This document shows, one piece after another, positions 47,492 to 57,606 of a stretch of 64,000 nucleotides of DNA. Each line of letters opens with the position of its first letter. Position 1 is the stretch's first letter. This DNA is from an uncultured Nitrososphaerota archaeon (lineage in GTDB: Archaea > Thermoproteota > EX4484-205 > JAAOZP01). The position numbers were made by a program, and so were the translations under genes. The stretch spans positions 96,001-160,000 of the forward strand of contig CAYQCW010000001.1 in NCBI GenBank assembly GCA_964416155.1, written 5' to 3'. The notes beneath the pieces are model-generated. The model was not told where the DNA came from. It saw only the letters and a program-made list of their open reading frames with translations, and made no database searches.

Positions 47492-49675
47492 CTATTGAAG
47501 TTTTTTCAGAACGATGCTTGCAACCTTACCATTGAAAGGTGGAATTTCAACCAGCAGCTTCCCTCGCACCATCTTAATATCTAGACCAGCCTCCTGACCG
47601 TCAAGCGCGAAGAGCCTACATGTCACTTCACCGTTAAGACTATAGAAATCGGCGTCAATCTCTATCAGAAAACTGTTTTTCTCAGGCCTGTAGTCAATAA
47701 GGTTTACCAACAAGCTTCTCCCATCAGAACTCTTAAACACTTTTGCAACCACTTTCTCAGAGCACCATTTTACTCCCAGGTCATCCATAAACCTTGAATC
47801 ATATTGCAACTGTTTAACCCTCTTTCTGAGAGCTATCAATCTCCTTACGTGCTCGGTTAATGGCTCACCCCTGTTAATCCTTGATCCCAACGGGAGTGTT
47901 GTTACGTCGAACCTGAACCCCAGCAGGTAGACCCTGTTGATAAGGTCTTCCAAGCCCACTTCACCATCCATATCTGGATAGTAGCACTTGCCTATCCATT
48001 CGACAGGCGGATTGGCGAAGCCGTCGATTATAATATACTCAGGAAAAGTATATGCAAAAACTTCTGGAGCAGGATGCATTGTCTGACTTGAGAAACTGGT
48101 GTAAAGATGGAGACTGCAATACTGCCCCACGGAATCCCCGTTTCCCTCGATACACAAGGAGAACTCCCGGTTAATCTTCCCACTCTCCTCGGAAAGCCTC
48201 TGGATAGTTTTAACTCTCCCCTGGGCCGAACACCCGTGATGCTTATGACCGTGTGCAAGGTTGAAACAGTAGGAAACCGGTGGGGAAAAAGTTTGATCTA
48301 TATAAGCAAAGTCGACACCATACTCCTTCAAGTATTTTTCCACAACCCAGTAGACTAAGTATTTCTGCCAGCCTTCAGAGTACGTACACATTATTCTGAA
48401 ACCGTCGTTTTCAAACTCCCTTCCAGGGTACTGCACAGTCGCTGACCCATCGAAGTTTGTTTGAGCATAATTCCTGAACTCGCTCATCCAGTCCGGGATC
48501 TTCTCGGATTCCGGAATCCTGATGCCTCTTGCAGAAAGATATTCTTTTACGAACGGCGAGAATGCTTGAATGTTAAAGTAGAAACCCACCGTACCTCCCT
48601 TACTTTTAACTGAGGATATTGCTTTCTTAAGCTCTTCAACAGTCCCCAGCCTTGGATCAGGATAGTAGAACCTGTAGCAGCATCCGTCTCCAACCATCTG
48701 CCCCCATAGCTGAACATGGTTTAAACCTAGATATTGAGCATCCTTGAAAAAATCTTCAACATCCTTGAACCCAGTCTTTATCTCTCCACCAGCCTTAAAA
48801 TGCACACCATACCATCCGTCGCTCCATTTCAGCTTTTCAGGAATATGGGGCTTCACCATCCAAGACTCAGCCCACTCCCTATATCTGTCGGCAGCCCAGT
48901 GCCAATCTCCTTCATGCACCCCGATTATAAACAGGCTTGACCTCCAAGAGCTTCCAACAGGTACATATACGTACTTTCTCATGCCGAGGCACATCGTCCT
49001 CTTGGAGGAGTCCGGTATTGATTCTAAAGCGGTAAGCACCAACTCCTTATCATGACTAGCAATATAGAGGCCCGCTTTCTCATCGTAAATATCCATCCAC
49101 ATCATTGAGGCAAAGCCGCCGTAAAGTAACGTTTCATAGTATGTTCCACATTTTCCAACCGGATCCTTGATTTTCTCTCCGAAACGGTTTGGCCTAACCA
49201 GTATATCGTCTTCACTAGTGTTACCTATGCATACTCCTTTCAACTGCGGGAAGCCTACCCCGACAACATCCTTTGAGCAGCCCGGATTCAGAGTATTGTC
49301 CACCTCAACATCACAGGTTAGAAGAGGGCTTTCGTCTTCAAGCCTAAACCTGCATTTAACATCCATCGATTCAATTCTGTGAAGAACCTCTACGGAAGAA
49401 CGTGAGCCGTCCTTGCTCAAACAGATTCCCCGCAAGGTCTCCGGTCCCGATGAAACCACTCTGAACGGCTCGTCATCATTCGCGTAAACAGTAGACTTCT
49501 TTCCCTTCTGGAGGAGCCAAACGTAAACCAGCTGGTCAGAGGGATGCTTCAGATACGTGGTTGAAACCGTTTTGTTCACGATCTGTCTTATCCCACCGCT
49601 TTCAGGGTTAAATGCTACTTCAACCTTATCGTTGCCCAGAATTAGATAACGATCCTCCATGTTCCTCGACGACAT
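47492..49675 (-). CDS. Putative glycoside hydrolase (DUF6259-like)
   Basis: N-terminal beta-rich region, GDWHWAADRYREW, YPDPRLG...LKKAI, and YGVDFAYIDQ...CFNLAHGH. Confidence 0.6.
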   Translation of the reverse strand: MSSRNMEDRYLILGNDKVEVAFNPESGGIRQIVNKTVSTTYLKHPSDQLVYVWLLQKGKKSTVYANDDEPFRVVSSGPETLRGICLSKDGSRSSVEVLHRIESMDVKCRFRLEDESPLLTCDVEVDNTLNPGCSKDVVGVGFPQLKGVCIGNTSEDDILVRPNRFGEKIKDPVGKCGTYYETLLYGGFASMMWMDIYDEKAGLYIASHDKELVLTALESIPDSSKRTMCLGMRKYVYVPVGSSWRSSLFIIGVHEGDWHWAADRYREWAESWMVKPHIPEKLKWSDGWYGVHFKAGGEIKTGFKDVEDFFKDAQYLGLNHVQLWGQMVGDGCCYRFYYPDPRLGTVEELKKAISSVKSKGGTVGFYFNIQAFSPFVKEYLSARGIRIPESEKIPDWMSEFRNYAQTNFDGSATVQYPGREFENDGFRIMCTYSEGWQKYLVYWVVEKYLKEYGVDFAYIDQTFSPPVSYCFNLAHGHKHHGCSAQGRVKTIQRLSEESGKINREFSLCIEGNGDSVGQYCSLHLYTSFSSQTMHPAPEVFAYTFPEYIIIDGFANPPVEWIGKCYYPDMDGEVGLEDLINRVYLLGFRFDVTTLPLGSRINRGEPLTEHVRRLIALRKRVKQLQYDSRFMDDLGVKWCSEKVVAKVFKSSDGRSLLVNLIDYRPEKNSFLIEIDADFYSLNGEVTCRLFALDGQEAGLDIKMVRGKLLVEIPPFNGKVASIVLKKLQ

Positions 49676-49777
49676 TCTTAAGCAGAGAAGAGTCCTTCCA
49701 GTATTAAGGCTTACTAGAAGCGGTGACGAATCTTTAAATAATGCTTGACCAAGCCTCTGTTCAACAGGGTGCTGACC

Positions 49778-50992
49778 TTGGCGAAAGTCTCTGTTGTAAA
49801 GGTTCCGTGAAAATGCTTCGACGAGGATGTTTTCAACGGTGTCAGGCGTAGCATAGAGCTGCTTGGCGGCCCGGGGTCCTTTGCGAAGCAGGGTGATAAG
49901 GTGGTTGTGAAGCCGAATATTCTGAACGTGACGGATGTTGAAGCCACTGACCCACGAGTAATATACGCGGTTTCGAAACTATTTGGAGATATTGGGTGTG
50001 ACGTTATCGTAGGCGAGAACCCTCTAGTCGGAACAAGGTCTAGCGAGGTTTTCGAAAAGATGCGGATAAGAGAGGTCGTTGAGAAAGCTGGAGCCAGGTT
50101 CGTTGATTTTCGTAGGGACGAGCAGGTAACAGTAGAGGTTCCGAATGCGAGAGGCTGCCCCACGCTGAGAATCGCCAAAACAGTCATGGAGGCTGATCTT
50201 CTCATAAGCCTCCCAGTCATGAAGCACCATGGACTGTGCAATGTTACACTGGGATTGAAAAACATGTGGGGGGTCATAGGGCCTACGCAGCGGCGGCTCG
50301 GCCATCTTAACGGCCTGAATTGGACCCTTGCGGAACTAAACAGAATCTTACGCGTGAGGCTAACTATTATAGATGGTTTAATAGGAGTTGGCCATAGTGA
50401 GGCTTTCCCCCTAGGGCTTATAATAGCCGGCGACGATCCTGTCGCCACAGACACTGTAGCCTGTCTGAGAATGGGTTTTAACCCGATGAGCATAGAGCAT
50501 ATACGCTATTCGCATGAACTCGGCATAGGGGAGATCGACCCGAAGAAAATAGAGCTCATAGGAATAACGCTTGAGCAGCTTGTTAAAGACGGGAAGGCTG
50601 TGAGAAAGATGTTTGTAATGCCCCTCGCTAAACCCGCAAGGCTTCTCAAGCATGCTAGGAACGTTAAGCTGGTTCAGGGAGACGTCTGCCCCGGTTGCAA
50701 GAAAAAGCTCTCCATAGCGATAAAAAAGATTGGTGTGAGGGAGATTGCGAAAGGGCCTAGAATGGCAATCGTTATCGGCAGGGGTGCAAAACCCTTGGAA
50801 GACCGTATAAACGTTATAATAGGCAGGTGTCTTGAAAACTACAGGGACAAGGGAATCTTCGTCGACTATTGCCCAGCCTACGACCCGGATATTCAGCAGG
50901 CTATTGAAGTAGCCCTTGGTAAGCGTGAAAAAATCACGTATCTCTGGGATGAGCTTGAAAAAAAGATGGAGAAAGAGTTGCCTGGAGCCTGA
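49778..50992 (+). pseudogene. DUF362 Fe-S protein interrupted by one in-frame TGA at 49808-49810 (nonsense mutation, sequencing error or recoding)
   Basis: TTG 49778 gives MAKVSVVKVP*KCFDEDVFNGVRRSIELLGG...KVVVKPN, continuous with the 49901 ORF (LPVMKHH, TLGLKNMWG, DPVATD, CPGC). Upstream TATA at 49733 and GGGTG at 49767. Confidence 0.7.
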
Positions 50993-51125
50993 GATGCCAA
51001 CAGGAAGATGCTTGATGCAGACTGTTGAAAAGCGAGCCTACTTTAACCGTGTAATAGCTCGTATTTGAAAGCCTTAACATGTTTGCTATAGTAACGTTTA
51101 ATTAAAGACCGCGAGAAAAACAATT

Positions 51126-52475
51126 ATGGATTTTGATGCGGGAGACGAGCCCCTCATGGGGATGAGTATTCAGCATGCCCATAGCACCTTTGAAGGGTTT
51201 GAAATATTGACTCCAGGGATGCGTTTAACGCTGGAGGATAAAGGCCAGCTTAAAGTTGAGCAGCGCATCGGTATTGAACGCAAAGTGTTAAGCTGCAAGC
51301 TGCCGGATCATCTTTCCCCATGGAGAATCTCGCGAAAAACTAGTTTCAGATGTACTCTTCAAGGAAAAGGTCTCGAGCTGACGGTGCAAGGCGATTCGGT
51401 AATAATTTTTGCTCCAAGACAGCATCTCAAGCTTACTTTTAATGGCTATTTTCTCCCGCATTACGCGCAAGAGGTTAAGGGGAATAGGCTTCTCCTAGAT
51501 CCTTCAGGCGGATGCGGTTTTTTCAGCATTCCAACGAGGCAAACAGAAGCAGTCAACCTTAATTCTGACTCGTGGACAATACGAGCGCATCTGGCCAGAT
51601 GGGATGAATTTTGGGTCTCGATATGTCCACCTAGAGAAATAGATTTGAAAAAGTTTTCAGAATCCGTGGCTCATGAGGGAACCTTGGAGGAACCGTATCC
51701 TTCTAACGAGATTATAAGGAGCGATGCGAAACATTGCAAGGTGTTTACTATACATGAGGGGTGGGCTGCTGACGCACCGGAATGGGTTGAAGACCCGCCT
51801 GGCTCCCATTACAAGCATCCGAAGCCTTGGGAAACTGACCACCCTATTCCGGCAGACCCAGCAGAGTTTGCAAGAGTCAGGGATGAAGTTTGGAGAAACG
51901 GCATGAAGATTCTAGTCTATTTCAGCCCATATTATTCAAACGCTCCGGACCTGTTCGCAGAGATGAAAAGGATCCTGGAAGAGTATTGTGTGGACGGTCT
52001 TTACTTTGACGGATGGTGCGGTCACAGGGAAGACTTCCGTCCGGGGTATTATTTGATTCGAAGAGCTCGAGCAATTCTTGGCGACAGACTTCTCTATCTG
52101 CATTCCAGCACCGAGCCATTCGGAACCTGCCGAGTCTACTTGCCGTTTGTCCATGCTTATGCAGACTATGTGTTGAGGGGGGAGGCTGGACGAGAAGGTT
52201 TAGAGCGCGATGAATTTCTTCGATATGCGGTCAGCGGTTATCAGATTCATAACGCCGTAGGCCTCTGGTGCTACTATGGTTCAACCGGGCTACCCGGATA
52301 TCACAATGTTGTACCTACTTCTGAAGATATCGATGCTGCCCTTAGAAACCATGTGCGGATATGGCGGACGGTGCAATCATGGTTTAAAAACCCAGAGGAA
52401 TTAGAAAGATTCGACGGAGAATACTACATTAAACTGGCCAAGATTAGCCTTGATAAACTGAGGAATAAGCTTTAA
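51126..52475 (+). CDS. Hypothetical protein with glycoside-hydrolase-like TIM barrel
   Basis: Motifs RNGMKILVYFSPY, YCVDGLYFDG and DYVLRGE. Confidence 0.55.
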   Translation: MDFDAGDEPLMGMSIQHAHSTFEGFEILTPGMRLTLEDKGQLKVEQRIGIERKVLSCKLPDHLSPWRISRKTSFRCTLQGKGLELTVQGDSVIIFAPRQHLKLTFNGYFLPHYAQEVKGNRLLLDPSGGCGFFSIPTRQTEAVNLNSDSWTIRAHLARWDEFWVSICPPREIDLKKFSESVAHEGTLEEPYPSNEIIRSDAKHCKVFTIHEGWAADAPEWVEDPPGSHYKHPKPWETDHPIPADPAEFARVRDEVWRNGMKILVYFSPYYSNAPDLFAEMKRILEEYCVDGLYFDGWCGHREDFRPGYYLIRRARAILGDRLLYLHSSTEPFGTCRVYLPFVHAYADYVLRGEAGREGLERDEFLRYAVSGYQIHNAVGLWCYYGSTGLPGYHNVVPTSEDIDAALRNHVRIWRTVQSWFKNPEELERFDGEYYIKLAKISLDKLRNKL

Positions 52476-52518
52476 CATTATGGTTCGACGATGAAGATAA
52501 CTGTTCTAGACAGACTGG

Positions 52519-53784
52519 TTACAAGCTCTTTTTTGATGAAAAAATGCAGTCCGAGACTGTTTGAAAAACCTGGTCGCCAGCCTCCGGCGTCACCCTACTC
52601 CAGCGTGCAAGCCTAGCTTCATAAGATCCTTTTTCAAAAGCCGCCTTATCAGGAATATAGCCAACATAATCCTCTGAGTACGTGAAGACCATTGCAGACT
52701 TGTACCCGATTAAATTAGCCTCCTCGCGAATCTTCAATCCGAATTCCACAAATAGTTCTCCAGGAATGGAAATGAAAACAACTTCACCCCCTATGGTTAA
52801 AGTCTGAATCAGTGTTTCAACCGATTTCTTACCCTCCTTAGCAACCTCACACTCCTCGTCAGCGTAAAGGAGGCTTGTGACATACTCTTGGTTATCCAGC
52901 CTGCCCCTGTAAAGCTCATATTGCCCCAAGAACCTTCTCCTAGCCTCCTCGAAAGGAGGCGGATCCCTAAGCTTCAGCCTGACGATTCTATTCTGAACAT
53001 TTATCCCCTCGCGGAACAGTTCAACAGCGCTTCTCACCGCATCCATTAGCGCATGCTGCATGCTTAAACCCATTTTCGATATGAACCCCCTGCCCTTCTC
53101 AACAGGGTCAACGTCTCCTGCCGAACCCGTTGTGAAAAAAACTTCAAAACCGTTTCCAAGCAGTCTGGCATACAGTTCTCCAGGGTAGTCTGCGGAAACA
53201 CCGAGATCAATATTAGAAACAGGATGGCAGCAATAATTCGTCAAAACAATATTAAAATCCCTATTCCTGATCAGCATGAAAGGCATACTTTCATCGACAA
53301 CGCCATTCTTATGCGTCCTATTGTAGGTCAGGCCGGGGACTAGAGCTGTTCCGAATTTGACAGAGGCAGGTGTAGACTTCTCGCATGCTTCTACCGCGGC
53401 TTCGACAATGCTTTCCCCGAAGAAAGCCTTCCATTGGTTTAAAACCCTTTTCTCATCACTGTTGTAGGGGAATGTGTTCGGCCACATCGGAGTGATTGTC
53501 TCAGGCCCCGAGTGGGTATGGGTTGTTGTTAAAAATATCCTGCTCGAGCCTATTCCAACCTTTTCTTGAAGAACCCTTTTAACGTTGTCTGCGAAATCCC
53601 TGTAAACCCCGAGCACATCGCAATGTATTAGAAGCACATCCTCACCATACGACCCGATGTTTATGGCGCTGACCATAAGGGGATCATGGACAACTTGAGA
53701 AGGACGGCTGAACCTGTGCGCGTAACCACCTAGTCGTAATCCTATGGGAGGCGTCACATCCCTCTTCGCATAACCAGCCTTCAT
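52519..53784 (-). CDS. Neutral/alkaline ceramidase-like metal-dependent amidohydrolase
   Basis: Motifs AGYAKRDVTP, VHDPL, THTHSGP, CHP, SADYPG, GSAGDVDP, IPGELF and GYIP. Confidence 0.8.
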   Translation of the reverse strand: MKAGYAKRDVTPPIGLRLGGYAHRFSRPSQVVHDPLMVSAINIGSYGEDVLLIHCDVLGVYRDFADNVKRVLQEKVGIGSSRIFLTTTHTHSGPETITPMWPNTFPYNSDEKRVLNQWKAFFGESIVEAAVEACEKSTPASVKFGTALVPGLTYNRTHKNGVVDESMPFMLIRNRDFNIVLTNYCCHPVSNIDLGVSADYPGELYARLLGNGFEVFFTTGSAGDVDPVEKGRGFISKMGLSMQHALMDAVRSAVELFREGINVQNRIVRLKLRDPPPFEEARRRFLGQYELYRGRLDNQEYVTSLLYADEECEVAKEGKKSVETLIQTLTIGGEVVFISIPGELFVEFGLKIREEANLIGYKSAMVFTYSEDYVGYIPDKAAFEKGSYEARLARWSRVTPEAGDQVFQTVSDCIFSSKKSL

Positions 53785-53888
53785 ACCATATACGCCTCTT
53801 TAATAGTATTCCCACCGACTTTATATTTCGATGCCTATTATTAAGTTTTGCAGGATAGTTCTTTCCCAGCTTTAAAACCTTAACATTC

Positions 53889-54788
53889 TCAGAAAAAGGA
53901 CCTGAAGAAGTCTTCCAGCCCACCTTCATAAACAGCCTCGGCTAGGAACTCCGTGCCCCTCTGGTCTCCCCAGCTGTAGTAGATAACCGTCCTCCCGTTG
54001 AACTCGCAGAAATCTAGGTCTGAATTGTTTATGTTTACAGCGTTAGCAATCCGGTTTCTCTGCTCAGCAGTAAGCCTCTCGTTAGCGATCTTCTTGTCTT
54101 CGGCTGAAGGATGCATCACAGGGTTAAATGGACTGTCCTGCCACTCGGCAAGGTTTTTCGAGCGGACAATGTGCGGCTCAAATGTTAACTCTGGTTTCTG
54201 CTCAAGATAAACCATGTAGTAGTATCCGTCTAACCATCGGATCGCAGGACAAGCAGTATATCGGTCTTTTGAAAAAGCCTCTTTTAAAGGGCGCATCCTC
54301 CATTTAAGAAGGTCGTCCGACTCGGCGAAGAAGACCGTAAACCTAACGCCGACTATTTCTGCAGGTTCCCCGAGCTCGATTGCCATGACGTATCTATCCT
54401 GTGCTTTGCAAATAGAGTTATTGTAGATTCCGCATCCGGGAAGCACGAGTGCAGTTTCCGAATGCCACTTCTCCAGATCCCTGCTCCAGAATACTTTAAT
54501 CTTTGAACCACCCCAGGTGTCAACACCATAGGCGAACACCCTATCATCATCTACGTAAGCACTACCCAAGTGGTAACCATGTGCAAAGGCGGGGGTTAAT
54601 TCTCCGGAGTCGACGTCGATGAAACGGAAGAACGGGATGCCTGTTTTGTTCGGCTTATAATTGGGCCGCACGTACTCGAAGCGGTAAAGCCTATTCTGAA
54701 AGACTATTGGTGTTGTCTCCACCATGTCACAGTCAATGGTTCCTAGCTTGATGATTCTTGGTTTTCCCATATGTGGAGCGTTGCCCAT
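53889..54788 (-). CDS. Hypothetical protein, beta-propeller glycosidase-like
   Basis: Repeated S.DL..W blade motifs, plus ETTP, ACPAI, NNSDLD and YYSWGDQ. Confidence 0.55.
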   Translation of the reverse strand: MGNAPHMGKPRIIKLGTIDCDMVETTPIVFQNRLYRFEYVRPNYKPNKTGIPFFRFIDVDSGELTPAFAHGYHLGSAYVDDDRVFAYGVDTWGGSKIKVFWSRDLEKWHSETALVLPGCGIYNNSICKAQDRYVMAIELGEPAEIVGVRFTVFFAESDDLLKWRMRPLKEAFSKDRYTACPAIRWLDGYYYMVYLEQKPELTFEPHIVRSKNLAEWQDSPFNPVMHPSAEDKKIANERLTAEQRNRIANAVNINNSDLDFCEFNGRTVIYYSWGDQRGTEFLAEAVYEGGLEDFFRSFF

Positions 54789-54873
54789 TCTGATTTAAGA
54801 TTTTCGAAGGCTGAAACAATAGGGTGGCTGATTCCACCATATTTTATAAAACGCTAGAGGAAGGACGGATGGA

Positions 54874-56214
54874 TCAGCCTCCTGTAGACTGGCCGTCAAG
54901 CTCCTTGAACTGCCGTCTCCTGGCGCCCCTGAGCCTCAGCCTGTATTGAATAGTCAAGAGCTTCTCCGGTGCCAGCAGCATGCTAGTAGCGTAGAGGACC
55001 AGAATCGTTAAGGCTGCAGAATACGGTATTCCGAGGATCGCTTCAAAGGGTATTGGCGTAATCATCATGTCTTTAGCTATCATTACAGGATAGGATGTGG
55101 GCAATGCGTATACTAGAAGTTTAAGAGCTAAAGGCAGTGTGCCAAGGTCTCCGTACATCATTAGGAAGGAGGGAATCATTATTGGGACTATTACTACTCC
55201 GAGGAGAGAGTTCGCCATCCTGACATCGCTGCTTAAAGCTCCAATCGTCACGCCAAGAGACGTTACGAAAAGTATCGCAAGCACTAGGCTGACTGCAAGA
55301 AGAATGAAGCTCTCGGGTGGAGGTGAAGGGAGTAATTGGGAAATGTTTTCCACGGGAAAATTGAAACCAGACATGGAAAGCATGTTGTTAAAGTACAGGA
55401 TGAACCCGCCTGTGAACAGGATGCTCCCAATCACAGCCAAGATTGACGACCCCAGCAGCTTTGCCAGCAGAATATCATAGCGCGTCACTGGAAAGGTCAA
55501 GAGAGTCTCCAAGGTCTTCTCCTCATTCTCAACCGCGGTTGCGGTAGCAGCAAACTGGACGACGGTAATCGACAGCATTAAAAGCAGCAGCGGAATCATA
55601 ACGCTGTATCCCATTAAAAGTTGGTTGAAAAGTATTTGAGGAGGAACTTCAATTATTTTATCTTTAAGTATTGAACACGTTGAAATGTTGAACGGGTTTC
55701 GAACAACATCCGGGGAAATGTTTGGATTAAGCTTCGATAACAACACGTCGCTGAAAAACTTCGAAGATAAACCCAGTACTCCTTCGACAGCCGTGTACGC
55801 TCCTATTGAGCCTAGGGTCATGCTCTCCATTATAACATATACTTCGACGCTTGCCCTCCTGAAGTTAACCAAATCGCTCTCAAACCCTTTTCTTATAACT
55901 ATCAAAGCGGTTGAACTAAGATTTCTCGCTTCATCGACTGCGGTTTTAAGGTCAGTAGCAGCAACCCTCCTAACATCCGCCCCCAGGCTCATAGAAAGGT
56001 TTAGAAAGGCGTTACTTAACACAGTCTTATCGTAGTCAAGCACAGCTATTTTCAAACCCTTAGCGCCGGCTTCAATAGAGCTGCTCATAGATGTAGACAT
56101 CAGAAAACCCAGTAGCGGCATTAGTATTACTGGCACCACTAGGCCAATGTATATCCTTGGGTCTCTTAGAAGATCCTTAACCTCCTTCTCAACCAGTGAA
56201 AAAAGCTTCCTCAT
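54874..56214 (-). CDS. ABC-2 exporter permease (NatB-like)
   Basis: Motifs KEVKDLLRDPR and ENEEKTLETLLTFP...LLAKL, with a large extracellular loop. Confidence 0.88.
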   Translation of the reverse strand: MRKLFSLVEKEVKDLLRDPRIYIGLVVPVILMPLLGFLMSTSMSSSIEAGAKGLKIAVLDYDKTVLSNAFLNLSMSLGADVRRVAATDLKTAVDEARNLSSTALIVIRKGFESDLVNFRRASVEVYVIMESMTLGSIGAYTAVEGVLGLSSKFFSDVLLSKLNPNISPDVVRNPFNISTCSILKDKIIEVPPQILFNQLLMGYSVMIPLLLLMLSITVVQFAATATAVENEEKTLETLLTFPVTRYDILLAKLLGSSILAVIGSILFTGGFILYFNNMLSMSGFNFPVENISQLLPSPPPESFILLAVSLVLAILFVTSLGVTIGALSSDVRMANSLLGVVIVPIMIPSFLMMYGDLGTLPLALKLLVYALPTSYPVMIAKDMMITPIPFEAILGIPYSAALTILVLYATSMLLAPEKLLTIQYRLRLRGARRRQFKELDGQSTGG

Positions 56215-56945
56215 CTACTGATCACCCCGATGAAAGCCTCTTCAAGATTCGAAACTCCCAGCTCATTTTTAATCTCCTTCGGCGTTCCTTCGAAAAGAAC
56301 GTGGCCACGATGTATTAAAGCAACTCTAGAACACAGGTATTCAACCTCAAGCATGTTGTGGCTCGAAAGAACCACGGTTCCACTTTCCTTGACATGCCTG
56401 CCTACAACCTCCCTTATGTGTTTCGCGTGAAAAACGTCTAGCCCTGCGGTTGGCTCGTCTAAAATCGCCAGCCTCGGCCTCGTCATCAATGCTCTCGCTA
56501 TCTGGAGCCGCCTCTTCATACCCTTGCTGTATGTCTTCATCTTGTCATCCACCCTCTCACCCAGCCCAGAGATTCTAATCGCCTCCTCAACAGCCCTCGA
56601 CGCCTCACTATTCGAATCAAAGTATATTCTTGCAACTATAGATAGGTATTCGCGACCGCTTAGGTTTCTATATGTACCAGCGTCCTCAGCCAGGTATGAG
56701 ATGAAAGGCCTGATTTTACCAGCCTCCTTAACAGCATCATACCCAAGTATGTTGACGTAGCCACTTGTCGGCAAGAGGAGCGTTGCCATTATTCGTAGAA
56801 TAGTGGTCTTGCCAGCACCGTTAGGGCCTATTAACCCGAATATTTCACCATTTTCAATTTTTAATGAAGCCCCGTCGACAGCCGTCAGATCCCCGAAGCG
56901 TTTAACAAGGTTTCTGACTATAACTATGCTTCCAGCTCCCATCAT
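56211..56945 (-). CDS. ABC transporter ATP-binding protein (NatA-like)
   Basis: Motifs GPNGAGKTT, YSKGM, LDEPT and SSHNM. Confidence 0.95.
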   Translation of the reverse strand: MMGAGSIVIVRNLVKRFGDLTAVDGASLKIENGEIFGLIGPNGAGKTTILRIMATLLLPTSGYVNILGYDAVKEAGKIRPFISYLAEDAGTYRNLSGREYLSIVARIYFDSNSEASRAVEEAIRISGLGERVDDKMKTYSKGMKRRLQIARALMTRPRLAILDEPTAGLDVFHAKHIREVVGRHVKESGTVVLSSHNMLEVEYLCSRVALIHRGHVLFEGTPKEIKNELGVSNLEEAFIGVISR

Positions 56946-57131
56946 GAATCCGCGTCTATTTGGAAAGGTAGGCTATTTAATTCTTCTGCAGAATGAGAAT
57001 AGAGAAGGGCGATTGAAGAAGCGAGAGCCTCACTAGTTTTCAGACACGAAGACATTCCTAAAAAAGAGTACGCAAGGTTCATGTTCCAGTAGGGAAAGAT
57101 TTAATAGTGAAAAGAACCATTTAGATTAGAA

Positions 57132-57566
57132 ATGAGCGAATTACGATATTATAGAGATTTTTCTTTAATCATGATGATCCGGATTCTTGAGAAAGAGTTT
57201 GGGAAGGAAGCGCTGGACGTTTTGGTAGACTGGAGGAATATGAGGATTGAGGAAGAATGGAGGAAGAGAGGCCTAGAGGTGAAGGATAAGACACCCAGAT
57301 ACTTTCTAATTCTGTTCAGTAAGGAGGTACATGAATTTGAAGTCTTAGAGGAAAGCGGGGAGGCCTTGGAAGTTATCGTCAAGAAGTGTGTTCACGCTGA
57401 AATCTTTAAAAAGTTTAACGCGACCGATATTGGGGAAAAACTAATCTGCAGCGGCGACCACTATGTTGTGGAAGGATTTAACCATGGAATAGAGCTTGTT
57501 AGGGACAAGCTTTTAATGAGAGGAGATGATTGCTGCCACTTCCTGTTCAAGCTTAAAAAACAATAA
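57132..57566 (+). CDS. L-2-amino-thiazoline-4-carboxylic acid hydrolase-like (V4R-like) protein
   Basis: Cys pattern KKCVHAE, ICSGD and LMRGDDCCHF. Confidence 0.7.
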   Translation: MSELRYYRDFSLIMMIRILEKEFGKEALDVLVDWRNMRIEEEWRKRGLEVKDKTPRYFLILFSKEVHEFEVLEESGEALEVIVKKCVHAEIFKKFNATDIGEKLICSGDHYVVEGFNHGIELVRDKLLMRGDDCCHFLFKLKKQ

Positions 57567-57606
57567 ATCTGAAAAACTTATAAAGTCGTTTCACTCGCCC
57601 GCTCAC

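Noticed and set aside
49714-50493. 259-aa minus-strand ORF
   Set aside because: It is antisense to the DUF362 gene and has no recognisable motifs.
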